Below, one piece after another: positions 28,408 to 37,941 of a DNA stretch of 64,000 nt (positions are counted from its first letter, which is position 1; the number at the start of each line of letters is the position of its first letter). The DNA is from an uncultured bacterium (GTDB taxonomy: Bacteria > UBA8481), in contig CAZCME010000005.1 in the NCBI GenBank assembly GCA_964499705.1, forward strand, positions 124,001 to 188,000, in the 5' to 3' direction. Position numbers and translations under genes: made by a program. The notes under the pieces were generated by a model. The model did no database searches, was not told the origin of the DNA, and saw only the letters and a list, made by a program, of their open reading frames with translations.

Positions 28408-29655
28408 ATGCGTGCCCCCACAAAGCTTATGCGAACTCTCGCGACCGCCGCCTTCGCTTTGGGCTCGTTCTTTCTCGCTCAGCGCTATTCCAGCTCGTCC
28501 GCGCATCCCGGGCACCAGGCGATCCGCCTGGACCTGACGTTTCCTCCCGGAACACCGATGGACACGATCTACGTCGCGGGCAGCCTTCCCCAGGTCGGAA
28601 GCTGGAACGCGGAGGGCAAGCGCGTCAGGCGTACCGGGCCGACCACCGGCCGCGTCGAGATCGAGATCGCTCCGGAAGAAACGCTCGAATTCAAGATCAC
28701 GCGCGGGTCGTGGGCCACCGTCGAGAAGAATATCCATCACGAGGACATTCCCAATCGCGTACTCTCGGGCTCTTCGGGCGAGAAAATCGTCCGCATCCAC
28801 GTGGAGTCGTGGGCGGATTCCGGAACCGGCAGCGCGACGGCGCCGGCACCTCGACGTCACACCCTGTCAGGCGACATCCGCTTCCACGAGAATTTCCGGT
28901 CCGATATTCTCGACAACTCCCGCGCGCTCGCCGTCTATCTCCCGCCCGGCTATGACTCAGCTAAGGAAAGTTATCCCGTCCTCTACATGCACGACGGCCA
29001 GAACATCTTCGACGCCGCGACGTCCTTCATCGGCGTGGAATGGGAAGTCGACGAAGCGTGCGAGGAATTGATCTCGTCAGGCGCCATTCCGCCCATGATC
29101 GTCGTGGGCATCTCCAATAATTCCGAACGCGTCGCGGAGTATACCCCTGTCGCCACGGACACCCGGGGAGGAGGCCGCGGCGACGACTACGCGCGTTTCG
29201 TCATCGAGGAGGTCAAGCCGTTCATCGACAAGACATATCGGACGACAAAGGATCGGGAACATACGGGTATCATGGGGTCATCTCTCGGTGGCCTCATCTC
29301 GCTCCACATGGCATGGACGCGACCCGACGTCTTCTCGAAAGCCGGTGTCGTCTCCCCCGCTCTCTGGTGGGCCGATTCGGAGATATTGCGCAGAATTGCC
29401 ATCAGCGCCCCGCCACAGCCATTTCCCAAGTTCTGGATCGACATGGGAACGAAGGAGGGTAACACCCACTCCAGCTTCAACGAGGGCATCGCCAATGTCC
29501 GGGATCTCGCGGCTTCGCTCCGTTCGCACGGCTTTCGAGATCCCGAGGACTTCATCCTCGTCGAAGCCGAGGGCGCGGATCACAGCGAGCGCGCGTGGAG
29601 CGCCCGGATAAGAGATATCCTGCGTTACCTGTACGGAGCCCCTTCTTCCCCCTGA
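28408..29655 (+). CDS. alpha/beta-hydrolase esterase with N-terminal CBM20-like starch-binding domain, secreted
   Basis: IYVAGSLPQVGSWN...LEFKITRGSWATVEK; YPVLYMHDGQN; GSSLGG nucleophile; HSERAW. Start may instead be 28429. Confidence 0.8.
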   Translation: MRAPTKLMRTLATAAFALGSFFLAQRYSSSSAHPGHQAIRLDLTFPPGTPMDTIYVAGSLPQVGSWNAEGKRVRRTGPTTGRVEIEIAPEETLEFKITRGSWATVEKNIHHEDIPNRVLSGSSGEKIVRIHVESWADSGTGSATAPAPRRHTLSGDIRFHENFRSDILDNSRALAVYLPPGYDSAKESYPVLYMHDGQNIFDAATSFIGVEWEVDEACEELISSGAIPPMIVVGISNNSERVAEYTPVATDTRGGGRGDDYARFVIEEVKPFIDKTYRTTKDREHTGIMGSSLGGLISLHMAWTRPDVFSKAGVVSPALWWADSEILRRIAISAPPQPFPKFWIDMGTKEGNTHSSFNEGIANVRDLAASLRSHGFRDPEDFILVEAEGADHSERAWSARIRDILRYLYGAPSSP

Positions 29656-29774
29656 TTTTCTGATGATGATCGAGGGCAAATCGACGGCCCGAGACCGGGA
29701 AGGCAGGGTTGCATTTCAGTATTTTTTCTCCGGTCTGTGAGATCCGTCCTTTCCGACAGTTCTTTTCTTCAGCC

Positions 29775-30485
29775 ATGATGATCTTCATGATTCCGCACAC
29801 CCTCTCCTTCGATCGAACATGCGGCGCGATCGTCCGCGGATTTCTCCACGATGTCGCCAATCCCCTGGCCGCCGCCATGATGAACCTCGATTGCATGCGG
29901 GATAATGAAAATGACGCGGATCGCGACGAGATCATCAGGGACGCTAAGCTGGCTCTGAAGGAAACACAGGCGATCCTCGGGCGCGTCCGCGACATTTGCT
30001 TGTATGAAACCGGGGACGTCGCCGCCGGCGGGACACTCGGAAAAATAGATGCAATTCTCGAAAATATCGCGGCGGATTTCGAGGCGCGCACGGGCCGCGA
30101 AAATCGCACACTGAAATTCCGGATCGCATCGGCCTGCCGCTCCGATGCCCCGGAAAAACTTGTCCGGAATATCGTGGCGAATCTCGTCGAGGAATTGCTC
30201 CGGCATGAAGCCGCCTCCGTAACCCTCTCTTCACGGGCACAGGATCTCTCCATCCAGCTCATCGTGGAAGCGGATGGGCATGCGCCGCCGCCGGATATTC
30301 CGCTTTTCTCGCCGCATTGCTATCTGTCGAAAAACTGCTCCTGGAACCGCGGCCTTCTCCTCACCCATGTCCACCGCGCCGTCACCTTTCATGGAGGTTC
30401 CGTTTCCTGCTCCGTTTCCGATCAAGGAGGCGCGCGTTTCGAGATACTTTTGCCCGCGCGCGAGACAAATCGGGCATCTGATTGA
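29775..30485 (+). CDS. sensor-less histidine kinase-like protein with degenerate ATPase domain (ChpT-like phosphotransferase candidate)
   Basis: H-box GFLHDVANPL; N/G1/G2 boxes degenerate (NLVEELLRH, ADGHAP, NRGLLL); C-terminal GGARFEILLP. Start uncertain (29775-29787). Confidence 0.6.
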   Translation: MMIFMIPHTLSFDRTCGAIVRGFLHDVANPLAAAMMNLDCMRDNENDADRDEIIRDAKLALKETQAILGRVRDICLYETGDVAAGGTLGKIDAILENIAADFEARTGRENRTLKFRIASACRSDAPEKLVRNIVANLVEELLRHEAASVTLSSRAQDLSIQLIVEADGHAPPPDIPLFSPHCYLSKNCSWNRGLLLTHVHRAVTFHGGSVSCSVSDQGGARFEILLPARETNRASD

Positions 30486-30582
30486 GCGCGGTTTTTGTCG
30501 CGGAATACGCGACATTGTCGCTAGCATCGTGACATTTCCAGGCTCTTGGACGACTCAAGTGTGAGATATCGCCCAAATTCCC

Positions 30583-30598
30583 GGGCACGACAACTGCA
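30583..30598 (+). promoter_or_regulatory. putative sigma-54 promoter (-24/-12)
   Basis: GGGCACGACAACTGCA: GG-N10-GC with GGCACG and TGCA, just upstream of ATG 30614. Confidence 0.55.
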
Positions 30599-30613
30599 TT
30601 TGCTTTCCTGAAG

Positions 30614-33600
30614 ATGAAAACGCGCGGCCCCACCATTCCGATCCTGCTCCTGGCCGGACTCTATTTTCTTGTCGGTCGTCTATCGATGCTTCTGGCAATT
30701 CCTCCCGGTTTCGCCGTCCCCTTCTGGCCGGCCGCGGGAATCGCGCTGGTCGCGCTCCTTGCCTTTGGCGAGAAACTCTGGCTCGGAGTCTTCCTCGGAT
30801 CCCTCTTTATATATTTCGAAAACCTATGTATTCCTGCGGAAGCTGTCTCCTGGACGCCGGCCCTGCTGGTTTCGACTTTCATAGGCTCCGGAGCCGCGCT
30901 GCAGGCGGTCGTCGGCGCTCGCATGACACGACGCTTCATCGGATTCCCCGCATCGCTTGTTCGTCCCGCCGATATCGGACTTTTCTTTCTCCTGAGCGGC
31001 GTGGTGGGCAGCCTGGTGAGTTCGTCATGCGGCATGCTCGCCCTCCGGCAGGCGGGCCTGGTTGCCGCGGAAAACTTTTTTTCAACTGGACCACCTGGTG
31101 GTTCGGAGATGCCACGGGCGTACTGGTCGTTGCTCCCATCGCCATGCTCTGGATGCATCCGGCCGACAATGCCTTAAGTCGGAGGCGAAGGTGGCTCGTC
31201 GCGCTCCCGATCGCAGGCATCTCCTTATGTGTCGTGCTTCTTTACATGAAGACCAAATCGACCGAGAATCTCCGGCTCCAGGCGGAGTTCGAGCGGGAAA
31301 CGATCGATATCTCCCACCGCATGCAGATGCACTTCAACGGTTACCTCGAATCTCTCTATGCCGTCGAGAGCCTGTTCATCGGTTCCCAGTCAGTCGAGAA
31401 GGATGAGTTCCGTGCCGTTGTCCGGAAGTTGCTCGAGCGCAACCCCGGCATGCAGGGCATTTCGTGGAACAAATACTTGAGAAATTCCGAACGGCGCTCT
31501 TTTGTCGCGGACATGAGAGACAAAGGCCAGGAGGACTTTGAGATCATGGAGCTTGGTCCCGGCGGCATCAAGGTTCCCGTGGCGCAACGCGCCAACTATG
31601 CCGTGGTCACCTTTATCGAGCCCGCCATGCGAAATGAACCGGCCATCGGATTGAATGTCCTCGCGGAGCCGACGCGGCGGGATGCGATCATAAAGGCGCG
31701 GGACGAAGGGCGTCCTGTGGCCACGTCCCAGATTGCGCTTATCCAGGACAGCACGCGACAGCCGGGCATTCTTGTCTTCCTTCCGATCTATCAGCGCGAT
31801 CGTTCCATTGAATCGCTGCAGGAGCGGCGCGAAAATATCACCGGCTACGTGGTCGGAATCTTCCTGATCAGGGAAATGGCGAGCGCGGCCATGCACGACG
31901 TTACGGAAGACAGGATCGATATCTGCCTGAGTGATGCCGTTGCATCCGACGCGATCCCCTGCCCCTTCGATGAATTCACGGGCGAATGTTCGCAAAAATC
32001 GGCGACGACCGCCGTTATCTCCGTTCCCGATTCATTCGGCGCCTGCCTCTTTGACAGGATCACCGGCACGCTTGCGCCCGGAGTTCCTTCGCGAGTGGTC
32101 ATTCTCGATTTTGCCGGTCGACCATGGTCGCTCACATTTCGACAATCCCAGGAGTATATTGCGATGCACCGGTCGTTGACGGCCTGGAGCGTCCTGTGCG
32201 GCGGATTCCTCTTCACCGGGTTCTTCGGAGCATTCATGCTCGTCATCACAGGGCGAAGCACGGAACTGGAAGCCAGCGAGGCGCGCTATCGCGGCCTCTT
32301 CGACGAAACTCCGAGCGCCATAGTGGAAAAAGATTTTTCATCTCTACGGCCCCACCTTCATCGGCTTCAGAAGGAAGTGAAAGGCAACTTCCCCGCATAC
32401 ATGAAATCGCATCCCGAGGAAGTAGCGCGCTGCGCCGCGCTGGTGCGGGTGATCGACGCAAATCGCGCGGCCATCAAGCTCTATGACGCGAAAGACAGGG
32501 CGGAACTTCTGGGACCGCTCGACCGGATACTCGAAAATCCGGCATCGGATTTCCTGGAGGAACTCCTCGCGCTCTCGCGATCCGTCGAGACCTTTGAAAT
32601 CGACAAGGATCTCCGGACTCTTTCCGGAGAACGCAAGCGGATTCACATGCGATGGTCGATCGCTCCGGCGACATTATCGGATCTCGATCGCGTGATCGTT
32701 TCCTCGATGGATATCACCGCGCGTGAACTGGCGGCCCGGGCGCTCAAGTCCACTAGCGAACAACTGGCGGCCGTTTCAAGGATCACAACAGCATTTCTGG
32801 AGGACGGCGATTGGGCAGCCTCCAGTCGCCGGATCCTCGCTTCATCCCTTTCGCAGACGGGAAGCGAATCGGGATTGCTCGGCGTCGTTTCAGACGATAG
32901 TTCGCTCCGCATCATTGCGCGCGAAAATACCGAGCGGCCATGGCGGCCTGGCGAGGAGAATTCTCCTGATTCCGATCCGCGGGTGTCCGATTCCCATGCG
33001 CTCGATATCGCTCAATTCGAATCCCATTTCTCACTGGTACTGAAAACCGGTAAGGTCCTCACATCAAAGAGCCCGGATGGAATTTCCTCAGACCGCGGGG
33101 CGGACGCCGGACAGAAGTCCTGTCAATCGTTCATGGCTGTTCCCATCACGCGGCGCGGCGCCGTGGTCGGCCTGATCGGTGTCGCGAATCGTCCCGAGGG
33201 CTATTCGGACATCGAGGCGGAAAAAATCGAGCTTCTGGCGAACACGGCCGGACTTCTTTACGACCTCTCGCGGCAAAGGGAGAGGGAAGCCGGTCTTGAG
33301 CAGCAGATGAGGCGCACTCAGCGGCTCGAATCGATCGGGCTCCTGGCCGCCGGGGTGGCGCACGAGATCAATAATCCGCTCACTTACATTCTGCAGAACA
33401 TCCAATTCATTCTTGAAGAGAACAACAGCAGCAGGACGGGTCCCGTCGCCGTGGCGATCGATCGCCTGGAAATGCGCGCGCAAGCCCGCGAAGCCTTCGA
33501 GGGGGCTAAGCGGGTTCAGGAAATCGTCCGCGGTCTCAAGACCTTCGCGCGGGACGCGGATGGCGTGAGCGGGGCAATCGACGTCAGGCGGGCGATCGAA

Positions 33601-34452
33601 AATGCCCTGAAGATCGCTCACAACGAAATCCGCTTTCGAGCCCGGCTTATTAAAAAGTTTCACGATGTTCCTCCCGTCATTGCGGAAGAGGGGCGCCTCG
33701 TGCAGGTCTTCCTCAATTTTCTCGTCAATGCCGCGCAGGCAATTCCGGAGGGTCATGCCTCGAAAAACGAGATCAGTATCTCCTTATGCATGCGGAACAG
33801 GGAAGTTCTCGTGGAGATTCGCGACACCGGACGAGGCATGTCGCAGGAAGTGAAGGAGCGCATCTTCGATCCCTTTTTCACCACCAAGCCGGTCGGCGAG
33901 GGAACAGGGCTTGGTCTCTCCATCTGTCATAACACTGTGACGGCCTTCGGTGGAAGGATCGACGTGGAGAGCGAAGTCGGCCGCGGAACGCGGTTCGTCA
34001 TCCACCTGCCAGCGGCGGAAAAAGCCGCGGATCTCGTTCCCGCGGCTTCCTCCGGCGCTGTCGCGGCACAATCGTCGCGACGAGGCAGAATCCTCGTCGT
34101 GGACGATGAATCCCAGATCAGGACCGTCATCACGAGGATCCTGGGCAGAGATCATCAGGTCGTGTCGGCGGTCGACGGCATGGCTGCCATCGAACTGCTT
34201 GAATCGGATGACCGTTTTGACGCGATCCTATGCGACCTCATGATGCCGCGCGCCACCGGCATGGAATTGCACGCCGATCTTGAGGAGCATCATCCGGCTC
34301 TGGCGGAGCGAATGATCTTCATGACGGGAGGCGCCTTCACGGCGGATGCCCGCTCCTTCCTGGAACGCATCCGTCTCACCTGCCTGGAAAAACCTTTCAC
34401 CGCGGAAGCCGTCCGCGCGGCCATCGACAAGGTCCTGAATGATCGGGCGTGA
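30614..34452 (+). pseudogene. MASE1-CHASE-PAS-GAF hybrid histidine kinase with receiver domain, interrupted by a -1 frameshift at T7 31076-31082
   Basis: ORF 30614..31177 has the MASE1 start (FWPAAGIAL); MASE1 continues as NWTTWWFGDATG in the frame of 30826..34452. Downstream: CHASE (NEPAIGLNV), [38 protein letters not shown] (CDLMMP). One extra T restores a single ORF; it may be an assembly error. Confidence 0.8.
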
Positions 34453-34515
34453 ACGGCTTCGAACCCTGTTCTCTTTAATCAATTCATGACATATGATACA
34501 TATCAATTATCGGTC

Positions 34516-35922
34516 ATGACTGATCTTGTCCTCCTCATAGAAGACGATGCGCTGCTCGGTAACGCGATGGAGCGCACCTTGAAGCTCGCGGGTCGCCAGG
34601 TCGAGCGCGTTCGATCTCTCGCCGAGGCCCGCCGGGCCGATCCGGCGCGGTTCACCGCCGTGCTTCTCGATATCGGGCTCCCGGACGGTTCCGGCACGGA
34701 TCTCCTGACCGAATGGAAGTTGGCTCGACCGGAGTTGCCCATCATCGTCGTGACCGGCGATATGAGCTTCGACACGGCCTTGTCCGCCCTGCGTGGCCGC
34801 GCCTTCGATTACCTCCTGAAACCCGTCTCGCCTGACGCCCTCTGCGCCGTGCTCGCGCGCGCGCTGGAGACCGCGCAGCTGCGAAGAGAGGTCGTGAACC
34901 TGAGGGAGCAATTCGCCCGGCGGGAAAATCAGTCCGATCTTCTCGGATCGTCCCAAGCCGCGATACGCCTGAATCAGCGCATTCACATGGTGGCGCCCGC
35001 CCCCTCGACCGTTCTGATCCTCGGAGAAACCGGAACCGGAAAGGAGCTGGTGGCCAGGTCCATTCACAAGTCGAGCGGCAGGGCAGGTCGTTTCGTGGCC
35101 GTGAATTGCTCGGCGCTTCCGGAAAATCTGCTCGAAGCGGAGCTCTTCGGTCATCGCAAGGGCGCTTTTACGGGCGCCGTCCACGACCGAAGGGGTCTCG
35201 TCGCCGAGGCGAACGGAGGCACGCTCTTTCTCGACGAGATCGGCGACATGCCGCCTCTACTTCAGGCCAAGCTGCTGCGCCTCCTGCAGAACCGCGAATA
35301 TCGCATGCTCGGCGACGATGAGGAGCGCACCGCCGACATACGCGTCATCGCGGCAACGAACCGCGATCTGAAATCGGATATGGCGGCCGGTCGTTTTCGC
35401 GAGGATCTCTTCTGGAGACTCGCCGTCGTGACGCTCGAAATACCGCCGCTGCGGGAGCGGATCGAGGATCTCGACGCGCTCGCGTCGCATTTCATCGCCC
35501 GCCATGCCGTCCTCTTCGGGAAGGTCGTGAAGGGCCTCGCGCCGGCCGCCCTCGCGAAGCTCCGCGCGCATCGCTGGCCCGGAAACGTTCGCGAGCTGGA
35601 GAATGTGCTGGAGCGCGCTGTCCTCCTGGGAGCCGGAGATATCGTGGAAGAAGGCGACATCGAATTCCAGATGCCAGGGCCTGATCCAGCGGCAACCGCT
35701 TCTCCCTTGGTTCCTGACGATCCGGGCGCCGGCTTCGACGAGGAGTTGACGAAGGAACTCGGCGCCGTGACACGAGCCAAGCTCATCCGGTTGCTCGAGG
35801 AAAATCGTTACCAGGTCTCTCACGCCGCAAGGGCCGCGGGCCGCAACAGGACATCCTTTTACGTTCTCCTGAAAAAGCACGGGATCGATCTCGTCGATCT
35901 GCGCGCACGGAAGAACGACTGA
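34516..35922 (+). CDS. sigma-54-dependent Fis-family response regulator (NtrC-type)
   Basis: REC (LLDIGLPDG), GETGTGKE, GAFTGA, WPGNVREL, C-terminal HTH. Confidence 0.93.
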   Translation: MTDLVLLIEDDALLGNAMERTLKLAGRQVERVRSLAEARRADPARFTAVLLDIGLPDGSGTDLLTEWKLARPELPIIVVTGDMSFDTALSALRGRAFDYLLKPVSPDALCAVLARALETAQLRREVVNLREQFARRENQSDLLGSSQAAIRLNQRIHMVAPAPSTVLILGETGTGKELVARSIHKSSGRAGRFVAVNCSALPENLLEAELFGHRKGAFTGAVHDRRGLVAEANGGTLFLDEIGDMPPLLQAKLLRLLQNREYRMLGDDEERTADIRVIAATNRDLKSDMAAGRFREDLFWRLAVVTLEIPPLRERIEDLDALASHFIARHAVLFGKVVKGLAPAALAKLRAHRWPGNVRELENVLERAVLLGAGDIVEEGDIEFQMPGPDPAATASPLVPDDPGAGFDEELTKELGAVTRAKLIRLLEENRYQVSHAARAAGRNRTSFYVLLKKHGIDLVDLRARKND

Positions 35923-35929
35923 ATCACCG

Positions 35930-36142
35930 TCAGGCGACCGCCAGTCGAATGGCCTTCATTCTCCGATGAAGAGCCTCCACTTCCTCCTTGATTTCACGGG
36001 CCACATCCAGCATTTCGCCCGATAGTCCACCGCCTTCGGTGAGATATTGAATGTTCATTCCGATGGAGCTCAGGGAATTGTTCACGTCATGAAACATTCG
36101 TCCGCTTCCGGGACTTTCTTCCTGGACCTCTTCCGTTTCCAT
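35930..36142 (-). CDS. 70-aa stand-alone HisKA/DHp-like protein
   Basis: MFHDVNNSLSSIGMNIQYL H-box then a second helix; strong SD GAGGAGGT before ATG 36142. Confidence 0.65.
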   Translation of the reverse strand: METEEVQEESPGSGRMFHDVNNSLSSIGMNIQYLTEGGGLSGEMLDVAREIKEEVEALHRRMKAIRLAVA

Positions 36143-36191
36143 TGTTACCTCCTCGCCTTGCGATATATCCCCCTCCTGCGACGATATCGAG

Positions 36192-36207
36192 TGCATTTGC
36201 CATGCCG
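36192..36207 (-). promoter_or_regulatory. putative sigma-54 promoter for the HisKA-only gene
   Basis: Minus strand CGGCATGGCAAATGCA, GG-N10-GC. Confidence 0.5.
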
Positions 36208-36367
36208 CCCGCCCGTGACGGCAACCGACGCTTTTTCAAGCGGGACAACGTTTCTATCGCGAACATGTCGCTACTGAGGCAACAGATTGCGGACATCGGC
36301 TGTCGTGTCTCCGGAGACACCGACGATCGCAATCGCGATTATATTCGATTTACCGCGCATCGGGTTC

Positions 36368-36383
36368 CGGCACGGCTTCTGCA
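36368..36383 (+). promoter_or_regulatory. putative sigma-54 promoter for the double-receiver gene
   Basis: CGGCACGGCTTCTGCA, GG-N10-GC, about 12 nt before SD AGGAGG. Confidence 0.6.
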
Positions 36384-36408
36384 TTTCTCTTCCGCAGGAG
36401 GTGCTCAC

Positions 36409-37560
36409 TTGAACACAACTTCAGATTCACTGGAAATGAACCGGGAACCCATCGGAATGATCGGGCATGTTGGAGAAGAGAACCAGAGCGTGCTCCGCGT
36501 TCTCGTCGTGGACGACGATCCGCGCGTCAATTCCGCCGTGACCCGTTCGCTCCGGATGAACGGGCTCCAGGTGGTCTCGGTCATGGATGGAGCCGCCGCC
36601 GTGGCCGCGGCGGGCAGCAGCCGCTTCGATGTCATACTCCTCGATCTCTGGATGCCCGGCATGAACGGCCGGGAAGCGATGGAGTCGATCCGGAAACTGG
36701 ATCCATACGTCGCCATCGTCGCGATGTCGGCCATGGGAACCGAATCGACGCGGGAAAGCCTCCTGAAGGCCGGGGCGAAGGAATTCATGGAGAAGCCTTT
36801 CCGGCAGGACGAGCTGGAGCAGGCCGTGGAGAATGCGGGCGCCTCCACGAGGATCGCGCGATGGTCGACGACGGAGCGCACCATCATCCGCGGGCGGATT
36901 CTCCTCGCGGACGATCACACGCTCTTCCGGAAAGCGCTCGCCCGCAAGCTTCATCTGGAGGGTTTCGCTGTCACGGAAGTCTCCAACGGTCTCGAGGCGA
37001 TCGAAGCTTGGCGGACCGAAAAGCATGATCTCGCGCTCCTGGACGTCCACATGCCGGGCCTCACGGGCATCGACGCGGCTGCCGGCATCAGGGCCTCCGA
37101 TCAGGACGCGGCCATCATCTTCATGACCGGCGAGGCGGGACGGGAGGAGATCGCGGAGACACTTCGTTACGCCCAGGGCGGTTGCCTGCGGAAGCCGATC
37201 GAGACCGACGTCGTCAGCCGTACGCTCGACATGCTCATCCACTTCGGACGCGAAAGCCGGAAGAGGCGCGCGGAGGAACGGGCCTGGCGGGAGATTCCGC
37301 TGTATCGCAAATGGAGCATTCACATGGCGCGCGAGATCCGAAAATTTCATCAGACGGGGCAGACCCGGACCATGGCGATGGCCATGGCCTTCTCCATCCT
37401 CTTCGGCTGGCTGTCCTTCACAACGCTCGATGCGATGCAGACGACATGGGCCAGGGGTCAGCAGCAGTTGAAAGGTCTCCCGACCGTCGGGACGATGTAC
37501 CAGGAAATCACAGGCTACCTGAGACGCGACGAGGAGAGAGAAGTGGGACGGAGGGATTGA
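36409..37560 (+). CDS. response regulator with two receiver domains and a C-terminal hydrophobic helix
   Basis: VLVVDDD...LLDLWMP...KPF and ILLADDH...LLDVHMP...KPI; TTG start after SD AGGAGGT (alternative ATG 36436). Confidence 0.8.
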   Translation: MNTTSDSLEMNREPIGMIGHVGEENQSVLRVLVVDDDPRVNSAVTRSLRMNGLQVVSVMDGAAAVAAAGSSRFDVILLDLWMPGMNGREAMESIRKLDPYVAIVAMSAMGTESTRESLLKAGAKEFMEKPFRQDELEQAVENAGASTRIARWSTTERTIIRGRILLADDHTLFRKALARKLHLEGFAVTEVSNGLEAIEAWRTEKHDLALLDVHMPGLTGIDAAAGIRASDQDAAIIFMTGEAGREEIAETLRYAQGGCLRKPIETDVVSRTLDMLIHFGRESRKRRAEERAWREIPLYRKWSIHMAREIRKFHQTGQTRTMAMAMAFSILFGWLSFTTLDAMQTTWARGQQQLKGLPTVGTMYQEITGYLRRDEEREVGRRD

Positions 37561-37590
37561 TCGGCCGGCGGAATCCCCTATTCTTCCGGC

Positions 37591-37806
37591 ATGATCATCT
37601 CCGTCCACGCCAAGCCCGGTTCCCGCAAGGAAGGCATCGAAACGATGCCGGACGGCACTTACGTGGCGCGCATACGGGCGAGAGCCGTCGACGGAAAAGC
37701 CAATGAAGCTCTAGTTGAATTGCTGGCTGAGCACTTCGTCGTGCCAAAAAGCCGGATCCGGATCATCAATCCGACGTCGCGGCATAAACGGGTGGAGATC
37801 CTATAA
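37591..37806 (+). CDS. DUF167 (YggU) family protein
   Basis: VHAKPGSRK...AVDGKANEALVELLAEHF...SRHKRVEI. Confidence 0.9.
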   Translation: MIISVHAKPGSRKEGIETMPDGTYVARIRARAVDGKANEALVELLAEHFVVPKSRIRIINPTSRHKRVEIL

Positions 37807-37814
37807 AGGTTTCT

Positions 37815-37909
37815 TTAACTCGAAGACACAAAGACCTCGAAGAAATTCATTTCTCGACGGAACCGGGCGCGAATTCCCGGTTTTCCTGGAGACCTTCGAG
37901 TCTTCGAGT
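37815..37909. repeat. palindromic repeat element between convergent genes
   Basis: ACTCGAAGACACAAAG (37818-37833) pairs with CTTCGAGTCTTCGAGT (37894-37909); left arm resembles that at 50722. Confidence 0.55.
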
Positions 37910-37941
37910 CAATTCTGAAGACGGACGGAACAGATACGAAT

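Noticed and set aside
26679-28955. 758-aa plus-strand ORF
   Set aside because: Overlaps three genes with recognisable motifs; Arg/Gly-rich off-frame composition.
30614-31177. Independent MASE1-only gene plus a separate kinase starting at 30826
   Set aside because: The MASE1 domain continues across the frames at the T7 run; better explained as one frameshifted gene.
36142-36408. N-terminal extension of the double-REC ORF
   Set aside because: The region holds divergent promoter motifs, and a strong SD precedes TTG 36409.
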